A DNA stretch of 63,093 nucleotides, the filler included, from Thraustochytrium aureum (taxonomy: Eukaryota): assembly GCA_012862495.1 (NCBI GenBank). It is 4 parts of 2 records of this genome, joined end to end, with 100 filler letters (N's around TTAATTAATTAA, not from the genome) between each part and the next. Parts side by side here need not be neighbours in the genome. Positions count along the whole stretch, not along the records: positions 40,266 to 56,969 come from BLSG01000172.1; positions 57,070 to 63,093 come from BLSG01000172.1; 2 more parts are not named here. The stretch is one strand, 5' to 3'. The translations under genes and the position numbers were made by a program. The notes below the pieces were generated by a model that was not told the origin of the DNA, did no database searches, and saw only the letters and a program-made list of their open reading frames with translations. Shown here one piece after another: positions 56,401 through 63,093 of this stretch (positions are counted from its first letter, which is position 1; every line of letters starts with the position of its first letter).

Positions 56401-56969
56401 ATCTGCGCTCGGCGCTGGACAAGGAGCGGGCTGGCCCGCCAGGCAGCCCGAACGAGCGCAAGCGGCTCCTGCTGCGCCTCGCGCACGAGCAGCACCTAGC
56501 CGACGCCCAAGCCGTGTGCATCAAAGACTTGGAGGAGGATCTCGAGCAGACGGAGGCCATGCTCGACTCGGTTCTCGACGCAAAGCGCCGTTTGGCGGAG
56601 GCGCTCGAACAGAAAAATGGTGATGCCAATGTTTCGGCAGACACGATCGAGCTCGTTGCCGACCTGGAGGCTCGCCTCAAGCAGCAGACGGATACCGAAT
56701 CTGTCCTGCAGGCTCGACTCGTCGAGCTTGAAACTCGCGCCCGGGAAGCCGAGGGCCGGTCGAGGGCACTCGAGCAGGACCTTGAGCACGCGAGAAGCGA
56801 GCTCGCCTCTGCTGCGCAAGTTGCTCGCGCCGAGTGTGAGCGTTTGCAAGAGGAGCTCAGTAGTGCGCTCTCGGCGAAGGAGTCTCTCGAAGCTGCAACG
56901 GCTCAGTCTGAGCAAGGCGCGGAGGCCTCTCGCGAGCGCCTTGCAGACCTCGACAGTGAGCTCGAGCGC
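53406..56969 (+). CDS. Large acidic coiled-coil protein (golgin/tether-like), both ends missing, frameshifts near 53700 and 54370-54490
   Basis: More than 800 aa of E/A/L/R heptad-rich sequence after an acidic, disordered N-terminal region. Confidence 0.75.
55311..55610 (+). repeat. In-frame 156-bp (52-aa) tandem duplication; a second 42-bp duplication at 55899/55941
   Basis: AMRQELER.RDEAGAAAAAAERAATLEAE.EQAVAARNDA twice; ESESANAALQAQVA twice. Confidence 0.9.
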
Positions 56970-57069
56970 NNNNNNNNNNNNNNNNNNNNNNNNNNNNNNN
57001 NNNNNNNNNNNNNTTAATTAATTAANNNNNNNNNNNNNNNNNNNNNNNNNNNNNNNNNNNNNNNNNNNN
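56970..57069. other. Artificial scaffold linker N44-TTAATTAATTAA-N44
   Basis: Identical 100-nt structure. Confidence 0.97.
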
Positions 57070-57696
57070 CCTTCCGCGCGTTCTAAAAGAAACAGCGGGT
57101 CACTGCACGTCTCCCCTCTTCAGCTATTATAGCGGGTCGGGTTAGGGTAATAGCGCAGAACCGCGGGCGTGCGGATATAGCGGGCCTGCATAGCGCTGGT
57201 TAGGGGTTGGAGAGTAGCGGGCTGGGTTAGGGTGGCCGGAGGCATGCGCGCGTGTTGGGCGCCCTTGATGCGCGAGTCCGCCCGCTGGGCCTCATCTCAC
57301 CGCCGGTGGCGCGGCTCGCGGGCCGGCTGGTCGCTGGCTGGCTCGCTGGGGATGGCCGGCAGGCGCTGTCTCTACATTGCTTTTTACTTCGTTTGATTGA
57401 AGTGTGTTGAGGGCTGGAGCTGGCGGGCGCGGGCGGGGCGCCACGCGCGACCGAGCCTGCCAGAAACGCATTTCAGCGAGGCAATCCCAGGCTTCGCGGG
57501 CCGGCCTCCGAATCGATGCTCGCGGCTTGGTCTTGATGGATGAAGTCCAGAAGGGCTAGAAGTGCACGCGCGGCTGGGGTTCTGCGCGGTGGGATTGGTT
57601 GACCTGTCGACGCGCTGGCGGAGCCCAGCTCTCGATCGAGTGCAAACGACGACACACTGCCAGACGAATTTCGGCTCCACCAAGGCACGCGCCTCC

Positions 57697-58146
57697 ATGG
57701 ACCGCGACCAGGATGTCCACAAGAAGGCCCGAGTGGAAGTGGCCGGGTTTGTCGGCGACGGGACGTTCCTGGGCGACGGCGGACCATGCCTGCAGCGTCT
57801 GTGGGAGCTGTGGCCCTGGCAAGCGATGCGCGTGCACTGCCCGGGACGATACAGGGTGCGCGGGGTGCCCGCGGCGACGCAAACCCGGCCGGAGCAGCTT
57901 TTGGAGCGCATCGGCGCCACAGATGCGATACGCGCCAAGGTGCTGGGCGACGGGGGGCGACGCGACGATCTTTTCGTGGTGCGATTCTCGGACGGCGGCG
58001 GCGGCCTCCTGACCTTTCTCAAGTCCGACGGGTCGTTCGTCCACACACTCAATACGGACACCAACTTGAAGCGCAAGCTGGAGGCGATGGGGCTGCAGGA
58101 AACGGTGGCGCTCTTGTACGGCGACGAGGCTTCGTCATTTGATTGA
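57697..58146 (+). CDS. Small hypothetical protein with a conserved-looking motif pattern
   Basis: HCPGRY...LFVVRFSDGGGGLLTFLKSDGSFVHTLNTDTNLKRKL; clean ORF with ATG and stop. Confidence 0.65.
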   Translation: MDRDQDVHKKARVEVAGFVGDGTFLGDGGPCLQRLWELWPWQAMRVHCPGRYRVRGVPAATQTRPEQLLERIGATDAIRAKVLGDGGRRDDLFVVRFSDGGGGLLTFLKSDGSFVHTLNTDTNLKRKLEAMGLQETVALLYGDEASSFD

Positions 58147-58326
58147 TTTGCATCAGTGTTCTCGCTTTCACTTTGTTACTCTGCTCTACGTACTCTACTT
58201 ACACCTTGCACTCGCGCCGATTGCACTGGTCATCGACAAGGTCACCCCGACCCGCCCAGAAAGCCGGCAAAACTGCCAGGGCCTCAAAAGCCGACGCGAG
58301 CCCGACGCCGCCCACCTCACTCAGAG

Positions 58327-59366
58327 TCAGACGCTAGACACGGCTACCTGGCGCACGGCAAGGATTCCGTAGCCCGACCACTTTAGCATCAGGCGGCGCG
58401 CCTCATCGAACGAGACCCAGTGTTTCGGCGCCTGCCCCTTGCGCGACGTTAAAAGCCACCGCTTGCCGGCTTGCGTCTCCTTGAGCGCGTAGACAGGCGC
58501 ATAGTGGTTTTTCAGGTGGAACAAGAGCACGGCGGCGTGCCCGCCCTGCGTTGCCTGCTTGGTAAAGTTGAGCCAGAGCTGTGCCCACTGCGCGTCCACG
58601 TCCGCCTCGTCGTCCGTGCCGCGAACGCGCACCCTGCAGCGCACGGACTTGCCCATGAAATAGTCGCACGCGAGGCCCGACGACCAGGCTGCGCTGTGCT
58701 CGGCTGAAATGCGCGAAACGGCCTCCTGTTGCACTCAGCGGGCGCGAAACGTCTTCCGTTAGTGCTCGGCCTCTCACGGCCAAACAACCGCTCGCCCCAG
58801 CGCCATCGACTTTCGAGAAAAACTTACTCGAACGCCCCAGTTGCCGATGCAGGCCGTGCTTGGCCGCTCCGCCTGCAGCCTGCGAAGACCGCGGCATTTG
58901 CGCACCCAATCCTTGAGCTCCTTTTGGAGGTCAATGCGCCCGGTGTCCGGGACGGCCGTCTCGTCCTCGGCCTCGTCCTCGGCCTCGTCAGCGCCCAGCG
59001 CTGCGCCCTCCTCAACGCAGCAGCTCTGAGCGGCACCTTCTCCGTCGCTCTCAACCTGTTTCAGGAGGTCTGCGAGCTGGGCGATGACAGCGTCTCCTCC
59101 CGCCCCTTGCTCATTTGCTTGTGCAACGACGTGCGCGCGGAGCTCCGCCACCGACTCAAAGTCATGGGCGCGAAGCCCGTCCAGCTGCCCGCCGCCCAGC
59201 AGCCGTTCGATGCGCCGCTGCCGCGACTCGACGCGCTTGAGCATCATGGCCTCGTAGAGCTTGACCACGTGGTCTTGCGTCCACCGTTCCTCGCTTTGCG
59301 CGGCAGAGTGGATGTTCCTTAGCGCGTTCACAGCCGTTGCGACTGACGCTGCGGCGCACGCCGGCG
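58327..59366 (-). CDS. Hypothetical protein, C-terminal part (frameshift near 58830; 5' end in gap)
   Basis: RPSTACIGNWG...YFMGK...AVLLFHLKNHYAPVYALKE...LLTSRKGQAPKHWVSF. Confidence 0.6.
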
Positions 59367-60101
59367 NNNNNNNNNNNNNNNNNNNNNNNNNNNNNNNNNN
59401 NNNNNNNNNNNNNNNNNNNNNNNNNNNNNNNNNNNNNNNNNNNNNNNNNNNNNNNNNNNNNNNNNNNNNNNNNNNNNNNNNNNNNNNNNNNNNNNNNNNN
59501 NNNNNNNNNNNNNNNNNNNNNNNNNNNNNNNNNNNNNNNNNNNNNNNNNNNNNNNNNNNNNNNNNNNNNNNNNNNNNNNNNNNNNNNNNNNNNNNNNNNN
59601 NNNNNNNNNNNNNNNNNNNNNNNNNNNNNNNNNNNNNNNNNNNNNNNNNNNNNNNNNNNNNNNNNNNNNNNNNNNNNNNNNNNNNNNNNNNNNNNNNNNN
59701 NNNNNNNNNNNNNNNNNNNNNNNNNNNNNNNNNNNNNNNNNNNNNNNNNNNNNNNNNNNNNNNNNNNNNNNNNNNNNNNNNNNNNNNNNNNNNNNNNNNN
59801 NNNNNNNNNNNNNNNNNNNNNNNNNNNNNNNNNNNNNNNNNNNNNNNNNNNNNNNNNNNNNNNNNNNNNNNNNNNNNNNNNNNNNNNNNNNNNNNNNNNN
59901 NNNNNNNNNNNNNNNNNNNNNNNNNNNNNNNNNNNNNNNNNNNNNNNNNNNNNNNNNNNNNNNNNNNNNNNNNNNNNNNNNNNNNNNNNNNNNNNNNNNN
60001 NNNNNNNNNNNNNNNNNNNNNNNNNNNNNNNNNNNNNNNNNNNNNNNNNNNNNNNNNNNNNNNNNNNNNNNNNNNNNNNNNNNTTCTGCTTTAGGCGTTT
60101 G

Positions 60102-60137
<36 letters not shown>

Positions 60138-61017
60138 GTTGTTGCTGTTGGTTTGCTTGGTTGCGTTTGGGGTCTGCCGATTGCGGGCTGATCGCCAAGC
60201 CAGCAAACCGTGGACAAAATCACATGGGGTAAAAATCCTTCGGCTGTTGGTTTTTTCCTCGCCGAGCCGTCTGGGGGAATTTCGCAATGTGAGCGACTCA
60301 CAGGAGCTTTCAAAAACCACCTCGTCGACCCGGAGGAGCCTGGACTGTTCTTGAAAAGCCACATCTGCAAATCAAACTGGCGGTCGATGGGCATCATGGC
60401 CCACGCTTCACGTGCGTTGGCTGGCCTCATCACAAGCGCGCCCAGAGTCAGCCAGCCCTCTTGAATCCTGAACCTGGCCTTGCCAATGAGTGGCACCTGC
60501 CAACGAAGGCCCGCACGTGCAACGAAACACGTTGACGCGAAAATAAATCGGTATGAAGGCGCTCGGGATTCGGGACGCGGGAGGACTCGCCTACTCTTCA
60601 CTCTCCAACAGGCCTTCACTTGTCAGTCGATTCCTCGTAGCACTGCAAGCGCATTCATCCTGGAGCCACTCATCACTTCCTCCCCTGCCTCTGTTCCTAT
60701 CTTTCAAATTTCCTGTTAGGTTTAGAAAAGGGGTTAGGGTGGCAACAAGTGTAGGTTCATTGTTCGGTTGGTCCAGAGCAGNNNNNNNNNNNNNNNNNNN
60801 NNNNNNNNNNNNNNNNNNNNNNNNNNNNNNNNNNNNNNNNNNNNNNNNNNNNNNNNNNNNNNNNNNNNNNNNNNNNNNNNNNNNNNNNNNNNNNNNNNNN
60901 NNNNNNNNNNNNNNNNNNNNNNNNNNNNNNNNNNNNNNNNNNNNNNNNNNNNNNNNNNNNNNNNNNNNNNNNNNNNNNNNNNNNNNNGCGCTGCGCGGCG
61001 GCGAAAGCAAGCGAGCT

Positions 61018-62221
61018 ATGGTCGTCCAGGTCTGGGACCCGTTTCGGTCCCAGGACGGCAGGGTTTACTTTTGCAGGCGGCTCGCTGCGCCGCGCGACAG
61101 TTCGCGTCACGACGAGGCCTCGGCCTGCTGGGAGCCGCCCACCGACGCCGACGTGGTCGTTCTCGGGGACGGTGTCCATGCGGTGAACGATGCTGCGAGC
61201 TGGGAGTGCTATCGAGACGAAGCCGCCGGGGAGCTGTACTTTGTGAATAAGATTACGGATGAAACGACGTGGCGGACGCCGCCAGGGTGCCGTGGAGCGC
61301 CCGTCGTGAACGACGCGGGAAGCTGGCTCACCTTTGTCTGCGAAAGACGCGCCGGCAAGCGCTACTACATGAACAAGATCTCCAAGGAGCTGACCTGGCA
61401 CCGGCCGCGCGAGCTCGGCGAGCCGAGCCAGCACGAGCCCGGGCCGACGAGCTCGGCGAGTTCGCTCTCGACGCGACGCCGGGGGGCAGTGCCGAGCAGC
61501 ACGGCGGCGACGGCGACGGCTTCGTGAGCGAGGGCGGGGACGAGTTTTTCGTTCCAGACGAGTTTGCTGACTTTGTCGAGGATAGCGATGGCGACGAAGA
61601 CTTGGCCGCGACCCACGCAGAGCCGCAAGACGATGCCATGGACTCAGCCCCAGCGCAAGATTCTGTTGGCGCACCAGGTGCCGGGAGCCCGCCAAGCAAG
61701 AGTCCTGCGGAGGTGGGCGGCCCTCTTTCTGAGCGGATTGCGGAAGACCGCATCAAGGCGCTGCGCGAGGCCTTCGAGAGGGAGCAGCGCGGCACCATTC
61801 ATGCCCGGTTCAACGAGCTGCTTGACGAGCGCGGCGTGCAGCCGCACTCGCAGTGGGTGAACTGGCATCGGCGACTGGCCCATGAGCCCCGTCTGCTCGA
61901 CGTCCCGATCGAGGATCGTGCCCGGTGGTTCAAGGAGTTTGCGCTGTCTCTCATCGGGCGTGAGCGCGAGGCGCGTAAGCGGCGGGCTCGGCGCGTCCGG
62001 GGCCTGCTCCGCGCCTTTGCCCGAAGCGGGCTGGAAGCAGCGGCGCTTGGCGGAGCGCAAACAGCGACCCCGTGGCCCTTGCCGAGAGCTTAGAGAACCT
62101 GCGCAAAGGCGCTCAAGCCGACGCTGGCGAGGTGGACCGAGCGGCGGCGCAGGCGCTGCTGGCTGCTCTCGCGAGCTTGGAGCCGCGAGACCGCGCCCGC
62201 GCAATAGGCGCTCCTCGGTAG
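61018..62221 (+). CDS. WW-domain (x3) + FF-domain protein (PRP40/TCERG1-like architecture); frameshifted, 3' end approximate
   Basis: WDPFRSQDGRVYF..WEPP; WECYRDEAAGELYFVNKITDETTWRTP; WLTF..KRYYMNKISKELTWHRP; FNELLDERGVQPHSQW..LAHEPRLLDVPIEDRARWFKEF. Confidence 0.8.
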
Positions 62222-62375
62222 CGACCCAATCTCGCGCAACAGGCGCTCCTCGGTAGCGACCCAAACGTGGAATGAATAAATAGTGTTGCTTACTACTCTA
62301 ATGCGTCTGCAGACTGTCCGGCTTGCGGCGCTCTCTGCAAGTCTACTCGCGCCTCGGCCAGCCGGGGCGCATTCT

Positions 62376-63093
62376 TTACAAATATCTGTACAACAAGCTG
62401 ACCAAGCTCGTGCCACGAGTGTCCAGCTCGTTCTCGAAAACGGCAAAGCCAACGTCCGAGCTCCCGTTCGGGTCAGACACCTCGCCGTTGAACGACATCG
62501 CAGTCCGAGTGCCGTCCCAGGTCACCCAGACGGTGTCGCCCGACCCGATCTCGCCTGGAAACCAGTCCCGAAACTCGGCCTCCAGCTCGTCCACCAAGCC
62601 GTGCTTGAAAGGGTGGAGCTTCAAGAGGTGGGCGCGCAGGGACTCGGCCCAGCCGTCAGCGAGCTCGGCCCCGTCGACGGGCCGGACCATCACCACGCGA
62701 AGCGCCATTGGGTGCGGGTCGTGCAAGAGCTTCTTGAACAGCGCCTCAAAGTCCCTGTCCGCCACAAGCCTCTTCCAAACCGCAAGGTCCTCGGTGCGGT
62801 TCTCTACATAGAGCCCGACGACGCAGAGCTGGGCGTCGTGCGCAGAATTGAGCAGGCTCATCCCAAAGAGGTCGTACGGGCTGTCTCGGCCGGGCGGGTT
62901 GGTTCGCATTCGAAAGTCCACGCCCGTCGTCTTGTCGCGCGCTGTCCCGTTCGAGACCATCGGGAACGAGGGGTCGGTGTCCGCGCTCCCGCCCGTGAAG
63001 AATCCGATCTGGGCGAGCCACACCCCCGTCACGCAAAACACCCCGACGACCACGAGCGCTGGCCACGTAGCTAAGCGTGAGCCGCGGCGCCTT
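62376..63093 (-). CDS. Chalcone-isomerase-fold protein with N-terminal hydrophobic anchor (5' end at or beyond window edge)
   Basis: DKTTGVDF..LFGMSL..CVVGLYVE..ALRVVMVRPVDGAELADGWAESL..GDTVWVTW..FNGE..VGFAVFENEL follows the CHI-fold pattern. Confidence 0.65.
   Translation of the reverse strand, partial: RRRGSRLATWPALVVVGVFCVTGVWLAQIGFFTGGSADTDPSFPMVSNGTARDKTTGVDFRMRTNPPGRDSPYDLFGMSLLNSAHDAQLCVVGLYVENRTEDLAVWKRLVADRDFEALFKKLLHDPHPMALRVVMVRPVDGAELADGWAESLRAHLLKLHPFKHGLVDELEAEFRDWFPGEIGSGDTVWVTWDGTRTAMSFNGEVSDPNGSSDVGFAVFENELDTRGTSLVSLLYRYL

Noticed and set aside
54719..56680. Long antisense ORFs (also 16690-17787, 23300-24502, 2769-3815)
   Set aside because: These are expected shadows of GC-rich coding sequence and contain no domain motifs.
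2205..62221. Frequent frameshifts as programmed frameshifting, RNA editing or mass pseudogenisation
   Set aside because: Indels go both ways, mostly fall in homopolymer runs, share no motif, and hit housekeeping genes with intact catalytic motifs. This fits sequencing error, although raw reads are needed to confirm.

Overview
This is GC-rich, gene-dense, intron-poor eukaryotic nuclear DNA from a draft assembly. The gene content (HET-like/TPR protein, PA14 fibro-slime receptor, hybrid histidine kinase, short CDF transporter, GT-AG introns with CTRAC-like branch points) suggests a heterotrophic protist, possibly a stramenopile such as a labyrinthulomycete; that assignment is inference. The window is not one locus: three identical 100-nt artificial linkers (N44-TTAATTAATTAA-N44) at 12152, 40166 and 56970 join four separate scaffolds. 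Many genes are broken by single-base indels, mostly in homopolymers, so the ORF track fragments real proteins. Stitching those frames gives about 28 protein genes and an intron-containing initiator tRNA-Met. Two stitched genes stand out. The first (40404-43571, +) is one predicted N-myristoylated protein with no signal peptide: C2 domain, type-3 copper tyrosinase with a fungal-type CxxC shielding domain, peptidoglycan-binding-like domain and matrixin (M10) metalloprotease, i.e. a possible self-contained Ca2+/membrane-triggered pro-phenoloxidase. The second (about 20549-27166, -) is a single-pass receptor with an FN2-like/mucin ectodomain and a cytoplasmic TKL kinase, SH3/Tudor-like barrel and MAP2K-like kinase in tandem, both kinases non-RD. 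All domain calls come from motif recognition by eye, with no database searches.
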